Source: Paraphysomonas bandaiensis
Taxonomy: Eukaryota > Protista > Chrysophyceae
NCBI GenBank assembly: GCA_965644295.1
Contig: CBFFRP010000405.1
Span: 62,001-126,000 of the forward strand
Direction of reading: 5' to 3'
DNA length: 64,000 bases
In this document: positions 25,101 to 37,456 of the stretch, in pieces
How positions within the stretch are numbered: position 1 is the first letter of the stretch
Layout of the letters: each line of letters starts with the position of its first letter
The notes under the pieces: generated by a model
What the model was told of the DNA's origin: nothing
Databases searched by the model: none
What the model saw: only the letters and a program-made list of their open reading frames with translations
Translations under genes and position numbers: made by a program

Positions 25101-25908
25101 TTTGAAGAAGAGCTCGTCAACGGAATCCGATGGAGGGAGAATCGAGGATACTTCGCCACAGGCCAGACGGGGAAAGTCCAGTCGGAGCTTGCAAGCCCAA
25201 GATTCAGCAGAATACGATCGTTCACAAGATGAATATGCTGCAGATCGCCCCAAAATAAAGCGAGAGAAATCATCGAAAAGTATGAAAAGAATGGGAAGCG
25301 CAGAGAAGAATGGGACACCAGATACAGATCGGCCCAAAGTCATTAAGAAGAAATCGTCCAAATCTTTGACTCGAACAGCGAGTACTGAAAGCGAGGGTGC
25401 GTATGGCGAATTATCTGGTTCAGAATCCGGTGACGAAGGTACTAATGCAACGGAAGGAATGGATGAGCAGTCTTGGAGTCTGCTGCGCGGGATGGGAGTT
25501 ACAGGAAACAAGCATACCAATAAACGCAGATCTTCGCTTGCTGTGCTTGTGGATTTCATGGGTACAACTCGACGAGAGGTTGAGAAATTGAAAGCGGAAA
25601 AGAATTCTTTAAAGAAGCAAATCACGGAATGGCAGAATAAGTTCGCCGAGGAAAATGGTCGCCCTCCAAGTAAAGCTGAAAAGGAATCACAAGCTTCAGA
25701 GTTATACACTCAATATCAGCGGGTAAGTAATTTTGGATCAAACCTTTGTTGGTAATATTTATTTGTAAAGGTCTCAACTAATTTGAAAAAGAAAGAGAGC
25801 AAGTTGAAAAAGTCAGAGAAAACTTTTACAATCAAGAAAGAAGTTATGCCGGCTATACTTGAAAAGGAAAAGAATCAAGGACTGGCAGCGGCGAAAGCGT
25901 CTAATTGA
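22191..25908 (+). CDS. Long coiled-coil protein with FAM13-like C-terminal motif, 5 exons
   Basis: Heptad-rich ORFs joined by short introns; C-terminal EKNSLKKQITEWQNKFAEENGRPPSKAEKE. Confidence 0.85.
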
Positions 25909-26423
25909 AATGTATATATGTGATATTATAATTATAAAGTACTTTAGACTTATAGGTAAGTTGAACGCGACCAACAACAAATAGTACAGTCTGATTTACA
26001 TATTACCGGATGTAAACTTATTGATTTGCTTTCGTACGAATGAACTGAAGTTGTCGTTATCTAGACCTTAATAGAAAGGTTTAGGTATATTGGTACTGAT
26101 TGTTCTACTGTGAGGAACAAAAGCTTTGACGTAAATGTCATACATGAAATACGTTTTCCCAGTGCAGTACATACGTACATACTCATTGGGCTGAAGTATC
26201 TGCACATAAAAAAATGTCTTCATTTCGTATAATACAGTAAGAGGTAAGAAAGCAGTAATCAGTCAAAGGAATTCTATACTCTATGTCATCAACGTTTCAG
26301 CTTTACTCTCATCAGTACGTTGCCTCCGAACAGAACGGATTATACCTACCGAGGATATTCTTGTCGATACACTCATCAGACCCCTCTTTGATTCCTTAAA
26401 TCGTGAACCAACTACCAGCTACA

Positions 26424-26743
26424 TGTTGACTAATGACCATTTTCAGATGATTAAGATCGTTGTAAGAGAAGTTTAAGTTAGTCAAACTAGATAGATTACT
26501 TTATTATGATTGTATACACAATTGTGTGTGTTGTCATGTAACACATGTCAACAACATGATAAATTATTTCGTTCATGTCAACCACTGCTCAACTTCCGTA
26601 TCTTGAATCGTCATGATATAATACTTCAGTTTCACAGTTATAGCTATATAGCACCTTTGACTATTGACTACGTATTACTGTTTTTCACATTGTATTTAAC
26701 GTATTCTACAGTACTATCTTAGAGAACCATACGTATTCCAACA
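26424..26743 (-). repeat. 3' LTR of Copia-2
   Basis: Direct repeat of 31585-31904, no differences seen by eye. Confidence 0.97.
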
Positions 26744-26909
26744 CTCCTCCTCAATGTAGAAACGAGTAATCGTCGTTATACTGCAGCTATATATATCATC
26801 TAGTCATCTTAGGATAAAACGGATGTGAAAATCTTCATAAAGATACTGTGAACATCACACTTCGCTGTAACACAGTTATGTGGGATTCTTACCCACTAAA
26901 AACACACCC

Positions 26910-29900
26910 TTAACCTTTCTTGAACCGCTTCTTCTGATTCTTCTCAACTTCATTTGAAATGCTCCTCTTTTCCCCTGTGATAGTTTCTTCATGGAGTTTA
27001 AAGAGCTTTGTAGATAACGCTTTTGTAAATATGTCGGCCGCCATATCCTTAGTCGATACATGAATCAATCTGGCTGTAGGAAACCTTCCATTTACGTGTT
27101 CCCGAACCCAGTGGTACTTTATCTGAATATGTTTTGATCTTTTGTGGTAGACTGGATTTTCTGACAGATCTTTTGCACTCTTGCTGTCCATGAAGAATGG
27201 GGTTGGCTTCGTCAATGCGAGTCCTAGCTCTCGTAACACCCCCCGTAGCCACACCAGTTCTTGCATGGCCGCATATTCTGCCATATACTCGGACTCCATA
27301 CTGGAAGTTGCAACTGTAGTCTGCAGTTTGGACTGCCATGCGATTGCTCCAGCACATAAGAATACAATATAACCGGTAGTTGAACGTCTCGTTAGTATAT
27401 CACCTGCCCAGTCCGCATCACTAAATACATGTAAATCAAACTTACTCCCACTGAATTTGATTCCTTTGCTGGTGGTGCCTCTCAAATATTTCAATAAATG
27501 AATAGCTAAACGACACGATGCGTATGTAGGATTACTGCTGTATCTCGATAGTAGTCCGATTGCATAGGCGAGATCTGGTCTTGTGTGGAGTGCGAGATAC
27601 AGGATTGCTCCAATAATACTACGATACGGAAATTTTGAGACCCATTCCTCCTGTTCTGATGTAAGTTCCCGTTCTGCAGCTAGTAGTTCTTGTGCATTTG
27701 ATGGCAACGGAGCTTCCTTATTCTTTCTACTGTTTCCCATGACATGGTTGAATTTCTGAATCACTTTCTCCGCATACTTCGATTGATCTAGTTTGAACCA
27801 GTCTTCGCCTCTCGTGATTCGAATATTTAGGAAACTTTGGCACTCTCCCATGTCCCTCATTTCAAACGTTTGGCAGAACTTGTTCTTGACAAAAACAAGG
27901 AATTCAAAATCCACAGATGCGATAATGATGTCATCTACATACAGGAGTAATAACGTAAGTTTGCCTTGGTGCCAACGATAATATAAGCAGGTATCTAACA
28001 CGCATGATCTAAACTGCATTGACTTTATGAATTTATCGATGTGGCGATTCCACTGACGCGGTGAGGCTCGTAAACCATATAGTGCTTTGATGAGTTTAAA
28101 GCACCATCCATTGCTGAGCTCCTCATCTGGAGGTGGGTACATGTAGACATCTTCATCTAAATTTGCATAACAAAATGCAGAACTGACATCAAGCTGGTGT
28201 ACATGCATATGGAACATAAAAGCAATTGCAATCACGAGCCTGATAGTTATCCCTTTTACGACCGGTGCAAATGTAGATGGCTCCTCCTCAGTTTTCTCCT
28301 GAAGATTTCCTAGTGCGACTAGTCGAGCTTTATACTTCTGTATGTTGCCTAGTATGTCACGCTTGAGTTTGTGAACATACTTACATCTGATTAATTTGAC
28401 CCCAGATGGTCGACGTACTATCTTCAAAACGCCTCTTCGTAAAAGAGCTTTCTTCTCTATTCGTCTGGCTGTTCTCCATTCGTCCGCTTGAGGGGACCTC
28501 TCCGCCTCTAGAAAACTGTTCGGTTCATGGACGTGTTTATTCTCAGTACTCTCCTCTGAATCCATGACATTTACATCGGCATCCATTACCTCTATCATGT
28601 TAATTTCTCCTAACACTGAAGCATTAGCTAGCCTCCTCCGTAAACGCTTACGTTTCTCTGCATCCCTTTTAGATACTCTCTGTAGGGTATTAGTACTGTT
28701 AGAATTTATAGTATCAGTATATTCAGGTACTCCCTGAGCTGCATCTTCATCAAGTACTCCTTGAGTCATATCTTCATCAGGTGCTCCCTGAATAATACCA
28801 TGGTTAACTAGCTGCTCCTGATGGCTCTCAGGCGCTGGGATAGTGGACGTACTCCGTCCATCAGTGGTACTAGAGGCGTCCCTCGTTCCCGTATATCCCG
28901 TGTATCCAGGCGTATTCCTTGTCATTACCTGAACATCTTCTATATGTATGGGTACCTTCTGCTCAATGTGGGTTCTCCCCGCAGTTACAAGTGACCGATA
29001 ACCAACAATGACACCCTTTCTTTCTACCACTCTGGTGGTCTTGTACAACAGCCCGTCTTCATCGTCTATGTGAAAAGTCTTCACGAGATGCTGATAATCA
29101 TTCACCGTCTTTGGTCTAGGTGCTGTTCGTACTCGGAGAGCGTCGATTTCTGCGTAATATTCTTCGGTGCGGGAAGGTATACTCTCATCTGTGAGTATGT
29201 GTACACACGTAATTACCTTATCGGTTGCTGGGAGATACACCTGGTATCCAACTTTATCTTCCGAATATCCCACTAGGTATCCAATCTTTGATTTATCGTC
29301 CCAGTCCTTTCGCCTGTCCGCCTTAGGTGTCAATATATAAGTTTTGCACCCCCATACTCTAAAATATTTCAAACTGGGTGGCTGACCCGTGACATACTCA
29401 TATGGGGACATGTATCCTCTGTCCGTCCTTGTAGGGAGTCTGATCAGTGTATAGCGAGCAGCATGATACGCGTCTAACCAGAATGGAACCGGTAGGCCTG
29501 ACTGCAACAACATCGCCAACGCCATCTCTGATGCAGTCCTGAATTTTCGCTCCTCTACTGCATTCATTTCCGGACTATCTGTTGAAGACCAAGTATGTTT
29601 GTAGCAGCCTTGTGATCTCAAATAGCTCCTAAGTTCTTGATTTATGAGTTCTCCAGCTCCATCAGCGTGGTAGTGGTCCACTCTCAGCTTATATTGCCTA
29701 ATCTCTCCTTCGAACACCTCTCTAAAAAACTGAATCACTTCTTCTTTAGTACGCTGGTTTACGCCTTTTACCCAGAACATCCTACTCGGGTGATGAGTTA
29801 GTTTGATCACGTAGCGCTCATCACCTCGAGCGGGAGTATTCAGAAATACTTGCACATCAGCCGATATGTCCGGCTTGACATCCGTATCCTCCTTTGTGTG

Positions 29901-31601
29901 AAACGAAACTCTCGTAATCTTTGATCTGGCACATATGCTACAGAGACAAGATTTTTTTAATGCAGTCTTCGATAGGTGCTTCCTCTGCAGATTTGAGCCA
30001 GTGAACAACATCCTTCTATGTGCCTCCGTTAGAGCCCCTTTGTTGAAATGGCCCATTCTCCTATGCAGCAGTTCCAGCTCGTCCTCACCAGTCCTATCGC
30101 TAAGATTTACTTCACAATTACTCGGTGTAGACACATCTGGAAGCTCCAACAGCTGCTGAGTTGGAACTGCAGTCATTCCATTCTTCATGGGTCCCTCCAG
30201 TACCAGCTCACCGGTATTACAGTCATAAATTTGGATCCCATACCACACCGTGAATCGATAGCCCATTTCGTTCAGCTTACGTCCGGAGCACAGGCATCGA
30301 TTGATCTGATCTGAAATTTCTATGTCTCTCCATGCTCCACGGGAACCCACACTTGTGATATGAATCTCTGATCCCTTCTTAGATCCGTTTATCACCTTTG
30401 ATGTATTCATATGAGTGTCAAGCATGGTCACATCATTCATTAAGAACATTGATGATGAACAGCATGTATCTATGTATGTATAGTGTTCAGCAGTACCAAT
30501 CATACAACATGTGTCACTTTTATCATATATATCAACAGCGCAGTCATAAAGCATATTCGCTTCGGACTCCGAGTCAGACTCGGTTCCTCCTCTGCGGATA
30601 TTCTCGAATGTGAAAACCTTCCCAGATTTCTGGGGTTTCTTGGTCTTTCCAGTCGAATTTCGGGGACATTCGTTCGCGCGATGGTTTTTGGATTTGCATA
30701 CTCTGCATCCTGTATATTCCTTACTGCCCGGTCTTTGTCCCTTCGTTTCCCCCTTTTTCTTCCTACATTGTTCTGTATTATGATTGTGTATTATACCTTT
30801 CTTCGAGCAATAAGTGCACTTCCTCTTTGTAGATACTCTCTCTTTCTTTCGAGGCTTTTCAATATGATTCAGCTCCTCCGTGCTCTTGCGCTTCTTCTCT
30901 ATGATTTTCCTCCCATACTTGGTGTCGTCGAACTGTTCGATACGTTTGGATAGCAATTCATATGGTACATCATCGGGCATTAAATACAGGGCATAATTCA
31001 AACCGTCATATTCATCACTGATAATTCCCTCCTTCAGCCTACTAATTTTTGATTCTTCCGTTACCGTTTGGTTATGCGCCTGAAGTTCACGAAGAAGCAG
31101 CTCAAAACGCAGTACATACTCTTTCGCGGTCTCCCCTGGCTTCATCTCGAATGATCCAAACTGAGCAAGCAGAGCACTAATCTTGTTTTGTGTTCCCCCT
31201 TCAAAACACGATTTAAGAGTGCTAACCATCTCTCTGGCGCTGAACTTATTAACTCTTCCTTCAGCTGCCTTGAACTCCTTGTGCTTCAGATGAAACTTCT
31301 GCAGCGCCTTCGGAGATCGCTTCACCGCCTCTCTGCAGTATGAGTAAGCAATTGCATTCGCCTTCCAATACTTGTCCACCGCTTCTTTGTAGGACTTGGT
31401 CTCAAGACTATTCAGGGGTTGAATTCCGAAATCCTCTTCCTCTGGTGGCCTTTCTAGAGCCACCTCACTCTGCTCCTTTCTCATAAGGAACGTCTCAAAG
31501 TCTTCGATCCATTGTTCAACGTTGCTCTCGTCGAACCATGGAACATCAGCTCTATCCTCCTTCTCTCCTCCGCATTCGCTACCATGTTGACTAATGACCA
31601 T
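26910..31601 (-). CDS. Copia gag-pol single-ORF polyprotein (1563 aa from ATG 31601)
   Basis: Uninterrupted ORF with zinc knuckles, PR (YIDTCCS), IN (HHCC, DDE), RT (YVDD) and RNase H (FSDADWAGD). Confidence 0.96.
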   Translation of the reverse strand: MVISQHGSECGGEKEDRADVPWFDESNVEQWIEDFETFLMRKEQSEVALERPPEEEDFGIQPLNSLETKSYKEAVDKYWKANAIAYSYCREAVKRSPKALQKFHLKHKEFKAAEGRVNKFSAREMVSTLKSCFEGGTQNKISALLAQFGSFEMKPGETAKEYVLRFELLLRELQAHNQTVTEESKISRLKEGIISDEYDGLNYALYLMPDDVPYELLSKRIEQFDDTKYGRKIIEKKRKSTEELNHIEKPRKKERVSTKRKCTYCSKKGIIHNHNTEQCRKKKGETKGQRPGSKEYTGCRVCKSKNHRANECPRNSTGKTKKPQKSGKVFTFENIRRGGTESDSESEANMLYDCAVDIYDKSDTCCMIGTAEHYTYIDTCCSSSMFLMNDVTMLDTHMNTSKVINGSKKGSEIHITSVGSRGAWRDIEISDQINRCLCSGRKLNEMGYRFTVWYGIQIYDCNTGELVLEGPMKNGMTAVPTQQLLELPDVSTPSNCEVNLSDRTGEDELELLHRRMGHFNKGALTEAHRRMLFTGSNLQRKHLSKTALKKSCLCSICARSKITRVSFHTKEDTDVKPDISADVQVFLNTPARGDERYVIKLTHHPSRMFWVKGVNQRTKEEVIQFFREVFEGEIRQYKLRVDHYHADGAGELINQELRSYLRSQGCYKHTWSSTDSPEMNAVEERKFRTASEMALAMLLQSGLPVPFWLDAYHAARYTLIRLPTRTDRGYMSPYEYVTGQPPSLKYFRVWGCKTYILTPKADRRKDWDDKSKIGYLVGYSEDKVGYQVYLPATDKVITCVHILTDESIPSRTEEYYAEIDALRVRTAPRPKTVNDYQHLVKTFHIDDEDGLLYKTTRVVERKGVIVGYRSLVTAGRTHIEQKVPIHIEDVQVMTRNTPGYTGYTGTRDASSTTDGRSTSTIPAPESHQEQLVNHGIIQGAPDEDMTQGVLDEDAAQGVPEYTDTINSNSTNTLQRVSKRDAEKRKRLRRRLANASVLGEINMIEVMDADVNVMDSEESTENKHVHEPNSFLEAERSPQADEWRTARRIEKKALLRRGVLKIVRRPSGVKLIRCKYVHKLKRDILGNIQKYKARLVALGNLQEKTEEEPSTFAPVVKGITIRLVIAIAFMFHMHVHQLDVSSAFCYANLDEDVYMYPPPDEELSNGWCFKLIKALYGLRASPRQWNRHIDKFIKSMQFRSCVLDTCLYYRWHQGKLTLLLLYVDDIIIASVDFEFLVFVKNKFCQTFEMRDMGECQSFLNIRITRGEDWFKLDQSKYAEKVIQKFNHVMGNSRKNKEAPLPSNAQELLAAERELTSEQEEWVSKFPYRSIIGAILYLALHTRPDLAYAIGLLSRYSSNPTYASCRLAIHLLKYLRGTTSKGIKFSGSKFDLHVFSDADWAGDILTRRSTTGYIVFLCAGAIAWQSKLQTTVATSSMESEYMAEYAAMQELVWLRGVLRELGLALTKPTPFFMDSKSAKDLSENPVYHKRSKHIQIKYHWVREHVNGRFPTARLIHVSTKDMAADIFTKALSTKLFKLHEETITGEKRSISNEVEKNQKKRFKKG
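31577..31584 (-). promoter_or_regulatory. Primer binding site TGGTAGCG (initiator tRNA-Met-like)
   Basis: Immediately after the LTR; same first 8 nt as the yeast Ty1 PBS. tRNA identity is inferred. Confidence 0.7.
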
Positions 31602-31904
31602 TTTCAGATGATTAAGATCGTTGTAAGAGAAGTTTAAGTTAGTCAAACTAGATAGATTACTTTATTATGATTGTATACACAATTGTGTGTGTTGTCATGT
31701 AACACATGTCAACAACATGATAAATTATTTCGTTCATGTCAACCACTGCTCAACTTCCGTATCTTGAATCGTCATGATATAATACTTCAGTTTCACAGTT
31801 ATAGCTATATAGCACCTTTGACTATTGACTACGTATTACTGTTTTTCACATTGTATTTAACGTATTCTACAGTACTATCTTAGAGAACCATACGTATTCC
31901 AACA
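31585..31904 (-). repeat. 5' LTR of Copia-2
   Basis: Direct repeat of 26424-26743, followed by the PBS. Confidence 0.97.
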
Positions 31905-32093
31905 CTACATTGGATCCATTATCTTATGAAGATTCAAACTTCTCAGTGTTACTCTAACAATTGCTACTACTAGCTACTAGCTTACTTCCCTTTACTGATA
32001 GCATCTGTTACCACATAACGACTACAGAATAAAGCTATGATGATGTAACTTAAGGTGCTACAATGACGTATATATGGCGACTAACAATTTCTA

Positions 32094-32176
32094 CCCTCAA
32101 CAAAGTGGAACTCGCACGTTTTCGTGGTGTTCTGTGGGAGTACCGGAGATATTTCTCCGGGAAACTAATGTGAGCC
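32094..32176 (+). ncRNA. Candidate HDV-like ribozyme (head copy)
   Basis: P2 ctcgc/gtgag, L3 ttttcgt, P4 ccggaga/tctccgg, J4/2 aCtaa (C at 32165). P3 has one mismatch in this copy. Confidence 0.5.
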
Positions 32177-32554
32177 GCACACATACTCAGCAGATAACAT
32201 AGCCAAATGCTTGTGTGGTACAAGGGACACTAATATTATGTAGAAAATACACAGTCACCCGGAAATGGGCCCACCTCAAGGGCATCCGGGAAGTTCACCT
32301 TAAAGCCTCAGGTGTAAGGTATATTAACATTCTGCTTCCTCACGGCATTTGCTTTGAGTGATTGAGCGAAGTTGGTTGCACCTTGGTGCTTGCGGAAAGG
32401 TACAATCAGCTCCTGTAGCGTTAAATAGGGTAGGCTAATAGAGTTTGTACCTGTTAGTGACAGGTAGACGTCTATATAGCTTGACTAGTTTTCATCTAGC
32501 TACTAGGCTGGTGCTGATTCTTAACACCGATATTGCTAATAATAAGACTATCAA
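32094..32554 (+). mobile_element. Full-length SINE-like element (ribozyme-like head + shared 3' motif)
   Basis: 12-bp TSD taacaatttcta / taaaaatttcta (32082-32093, 32555-32566); homologous to the other copies. Confidence 0.88.
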
Positions 32555-32966
32555 TAAAAATTTCTAGAATTATGATTAATATAAACGCATAGTAGGTTAA
32601 CGGCAAAGTGAAAAATATAAAGCTAATAATTAAAAATTATCAACTAAAATGACATATTTGGATAGTTAAAATCTTAATTAACTGAACGTTGTATTAAGTC
32701 AATGCTCAATTATTCGAATTATAGTCAACACCCCTCATCATTCATTGATACTCGCTACAATTATATTCTCTCAACTACCAATCAATACTATCAGATCTTA
32801 GGTAGGCATAATCTTATACAGTCAAACTATTTCAGTTTATCTAATATACAGGGGCTCCGGCAACTGCGCGTAAGAATAAGAAAACAAAAAGTATTGCACT
32901 TACATTTATCTTTTTATGTACACTTTTTATGCTCATGAGGCACAACTAATTCAATTATACAGAATA

Positions 32967-34999
32967 CTAATCATCTTTAGGAATGTATAGCCAGTCCGCC
33001 GGTTGTATGTGCAAACAATACCCACAAGTTGAGAGTTCAGCCCAAGCAACGCGCACCTATATAGTACACATTAGATACGAGACACAAGGAACAATATGTG
33101 TCAGTAGAGTGACCTTTTCAGCATCTTCACTCAGAACGGAACCAATACCATCTATAAGTTTGAAATTTAACTTTTTCTCCAACAATCCCTTATCACAACT
33201 TTCAAAATACTTTTCCAGAAGCGGCCGAATAAGGTCCCTAGTTTCGAAATATGTCATTAACTCTGTAACTTCAATAGTTCCTATTGCCTCTGATCGTCGT
33301 CCATACGAGACAGAGAGTACGCATTTTCCATCAATAACATCTATTAATGCAGATTCTGAGGTCATTAATTGTTTTTTAGCACGCTCTGCAGCAGCCCCGG
33401 GGTCAATGTGGAGTTGTAATTCATTGTCTTCGGGGAATTGCAATACGTGCGACGCTTCATCAGAACTCTTCCCATTGTCTTGTTCGCTGCTGTTTTCAGC
33501 CTCCTCCCTTATTCGGACGATCACTTCATAAGCTTTCTTTGACTTTGTTATTTCTTCAAGTCTTCGCTGCCTCCATATCTCAGATGCTACCTCAGCTGTG
33601 AGTTCATCCACGAACGCAAACTCGTGATGCTCCTCTTCTTCAGCTATTGCCCCACCAGAAGAACTCTGAACAGCAGAGCTATCAACAACTGTAGCAATCA
33701 ATTTATCTGTAGTGAGCTTATTTTCAAGACCTATTCGCAAAGATTCTATTTCTTTTCTTCTGGGGATATAAGCTGCACTTTCCCTTGGGTTTCGTCGCAT
33801 GTCGTCCGGAATAGGGTTAAAATCAAGATTGAGATGTAGTAGACTGTTCTGAGCAAGTGCAACACAGAGAGAGGTGGCGAATTCAATAGTGAGGTCGCAC
33901 CACGTTAAATTTAGAACTCGAAGGGTACAGTTTCCCAATATTCCTAGTACGATCGCAGAAATAACTTCACCTGGAAGAGAGTTTCCTGCCATATTTATGG
34001 ATATTAAGCCCTTGTGAATCTTCATGAGCTGACCAATACAGCCAGCTTGCACAGTCGTTAAAGCATTGTACGACACGTCTAGATGCCGTATGCATGCACA
34101 TCGACGCAATCCTTCACATAAGGACTGCAACGCAATACCATCGATATCATTATGTGCAATATATAGCGACTCCAAGCAAGTCATATACAGTAGAACTGAG
34201 GCCCAATCACAGTTAGTAATGGAGCACTGAGACATCGAGAGAACTTTCATTTTTCCCTTCCATATCGACGACATTAAAAGTGTAGCACCTTCACTGGTAA
34301 TGGGGTTACCATCCATATAAAGTTCGTTAATATATCGATGCCTTCCAATTACAGGTGCTAATTGTCTTACGCCTACGTAATAGGTTAAAAAAGAAATATA
34401 CTCTCGAACACTCACCTTCCTGTGTTATGTCATTGTGGCTTATTCCTAGTACCTCTAAAACGTTGTCAGGATTCTGAAGAAAATCGATAAGGGACGAAAC
34501 TGTTTTGTTTGTGAATCCATTTCCATTCATATGAAGTTCTTTGATAGTAATATTTTTACTCAGTGCATCAAATACAAGTCGACTTCCTTTTACACCAAGT
34601 CTACGTACAATAATTATAAATAGCTGATTACAGTATAGACTTAATACCCTGTGCGACTAAGATTTAACTTTAAGATAGGGCAATATCCAAAGACGATGGG
34701 ATTAACCATGCGACACAAATGGTGTTGTGCTGCAAACGAAAGAGCAACATGTGATGCATCCAGTTGATCCATGTACCTATATATCATGATATTATTGGTG
34801 AGTTGTTTACAGCAATGCGATACCTGAGATACGGGAGCAAATCACTGAATATCTTCGTGATGGACAGCTCATCTATCTTGACACCATGCATGTATAGGCC
34901 GTACACGTCATTCGATCTACTCAGCACGGAGCTTATGAAATTATCGCCTATAGTACCGACTACACGAGTGATATCGAGTATGAATAACCGCTCATTCAT
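32967..34999 (-). CDS. RNI-like leucine-rich repeat protein, multi-exon
   Basis: Repeated LxxLxLxxNxI units (ELYMDGNPI, SLYIAHNDI, HLDVSYNAL, LNLDFNPI); short GT-AG introns. Start inferred at MNERL. Confidence 0.85.
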
Positions 35000-35202
35000 T
35001 CCATCTCTGCCGCTGTTCTCACATGAGGGAACTCCTTCCTGGGAAGCATACAGCGTGTAGGCCTCAACATTCTCACGCTGTTGAATACCGGAGGCTTGCA
35101 TTCCTTGTAGTAGGTGTGATCCTATACAGTGATGCTGATGAGGGCCGCTCTTTCTCTTTACTTGGATTATACTGTACGCACACTGTCGACTGGGATGACA
35201 AG

Positions 35203-35233
35203 AGAAGAAGTAGAAGTAGAAGTAGAAGTAGAA
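35203..35233 (+). repeat. (AGTAGA)n microsatellite
   Basis: About 4-5 tandem units. Confidence 0.8.
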
Positions 35234-36931
35234 GATGAAGTGGGAGATGGACAGTAACTTCCGCACTCCACTGACTTGGATGCGTGCGTTGTGTTTAATA
35301 TGGTAACGACACAACACCAATACGGCTGGTAGAAACCAAAAAACCAGGCTTTTATACATTATCCCATAATTATTTATAAAAAAGCCTAACTGCTGGAATC
35401 CAATACAGTGTCGATCACATACAACTAACGTACACTACTTGCGCCTCCGCATGTGCCTACATTTATATGCGACATATCATTAGGTCCCTTCCTTCAAGAT
35501 GGTGTTCACAGAGTAGTTCTAGCGCTGGGACCTACCTCGGACACGAGTGGTCTCACAGGGGTGTAAAGCAGACTCCTACTAATTCACACTGACTCCAAAA
35601 TCTACCTTTCATGCAGCACATACAGCCATCATGTAACACATACAGCCATCATACTCCCTTCTCCAGAGTGACTTCTGGTGGTAGAAAATTGTGCACCTTC
35701 TCAGCTATGGTTAAAACCTACTGAACAAGATATGTTTGAGAGAAGTGTCGGAGCCTTGTTATAAACTCAATGACCTGAGTCAGGAGAACACAAGACCAGG
35801 CAGCAGACGTGTGATAAGACATAGCAGGTCTAGTAACATTGCTATTGCCATGCATCTATGAGTCTTGCATTACCTCTGTCATTGACCACCCAGAAACTGA
35901 ATACTCGGCATCAGTTACTCAAAGTGGACACCGCGAGCAAAATGTTGATATACCTGATATCTGCTGAATTTAGAATTTTTGAGGTTGCCAATTCCAGATA
36001 CTTTGCGTCATCAGCCAGTACCAATCCCCCGCAGCCTGTTATTCGTCAAGGCCCAAAGAGATGCTAGCTCCTCGTACAACACAAACATATGGCTTCAGTG
36101 AACACAACATTATCAGCTGCCTACAAATGCAGCTCGCGTTTGTTTCAGCATTGCAAACAACTAGTCTATCTGCTTGCATACGAAAGTCCACCTGTAAAAA
36201 AAATCTACTGATTGTCGGATGTTTATGTTTCTATCTCTGCCGGGATTATTCCTTCCTGTTGCATATTTTTTTCTTGTTTGCTTGAAAAGCTGCTTCTGGA
36301 ATTACTCTTATTCTAACGTGAGGATATCAATAATTGGAGATATATCCATTTTTAGTTAGACTATCTATTAGCTGTCACATGTCAGAGCAATATTTTAAAA
36401 AAGTGTGGATTTTGATACTGTTGTTTGTAACGAAACCAAAAGTAATTATGACTTATTATTCTTGACCTCCGCTTAAGAGGTTCTTGGAATTGACTCTGAT
36501 TGTGGACCGAGAATACATAAGTAAAAAGTTGCTTGCGATATGTTCTGCAGTGGAGTACAAAACTTTGTTCAGAAGCAATGGAAACTGCATGCTGTATGTG
36601 CCAGCGTTATAGTCATCAACAAATATAACAGCTGATTTTTTTGAGGCGCCTTATTACAACTAGTAGCACAATTTAATAGGAGACATAGCACATAGACTTC
36701 ACCTCCACGGCAAATAAATCACACTATATATTAAGATTTTAATAATCCCAATGTTGGACAAACTTCAAATTTTGGAGCAAAGATCTTGGACTCTGTTTAG
36801 GTATCCTGCTGAACTGTTGAAGACATATACCTACCCAATAAGTATACTTATGGCTCGACAGCAGTAAGTTTTCAACCCACACTTGCAGAAAATACACAAC
36901 GGAGCGCTCTGACACTTGGACGAAAATTCCG

Positions 36932-37456
36932 ACGTGTAAGCAATGAGCTACTAAATTGAAATAATCTAATAAATATCTACGCTAATGTTCTACTATTTAG
37001 CGCTACGAAACTATTTGTGTGTTGCCGCAAGCACCAAGGTGCAACCATCTTCGCTCTATTACTCAATGCAAACGCAGTGAGCAGGCAGAATGACATAGAT
37101 GCTGACTTCAGGAATTTTGAATCGGGATGCTTTACTTCAGCAGACAGCCCAATACCCCTGATGCCCTTGAGGTGAGCTCATTTCCGGATGCTTGACTTAA
37201 GAAGGCAACCCAATACCCCGGATACCCTTCAGGTGGGCCCATTACAGGATGCCTATTTATTTGTCAAAAAGGCCCAATGATGTCTACACAAGTGACAATT
37301 ATTTGTGCCCCATTTACCACACAAGCATTAGGCTATGAGTAGACAGAACAATATCTGCTGACTATATATGCGGCTCACGTTAGTTTCCCGGAGAATGTCT
37401 CTGGTACTTATCCCCCAGAACACCACGAAAAGATGCGAGTCCGACTTTGTGAGGGG
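36932..37456 (-). mobile_element. Near full-length SINE-like element with internal 61-bp tandem repeat
   Basis: Head 37372-37456, 3' motif 37005-37054, repeat phase ggatgc at 37125, 37186 and 37247. Confidence 0.85.
37372..37456 (-). ncRNA. Candidate HDV-like ribozyme (head copy)
   Basis: P2 ctcgc/gtgag, P3 atc/ggt, L3 ttttcgt, P4 hairpin, J4/2 aCtaa. Confidence 0.55.

Larger units (their letters stand above)
26424..31904 (-). mobile_element. Intact Ty1/Copia LTR retrotransposon (Copia-2), 5481 bp
   Basis: 320-bp TG...CA LTRs, 5-bp TSD ctaca (26419-26423, 31905-31909), PBS tggtagcg next to the 5' LTR, PPT gaggaggag next to the 3' LTR. Confidence 0.98.

Noticed and set aside
26510-26722. Identical 70-aa ORFs here and at 31671-31883
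   Set aside because: Antisense frames inside the LTRs with no ATG; identity only reflects LTR identity.
35858-36650. Short ORFs in intergenic DNA
   Set aside because: No recognisable domain or splice-consistent model.
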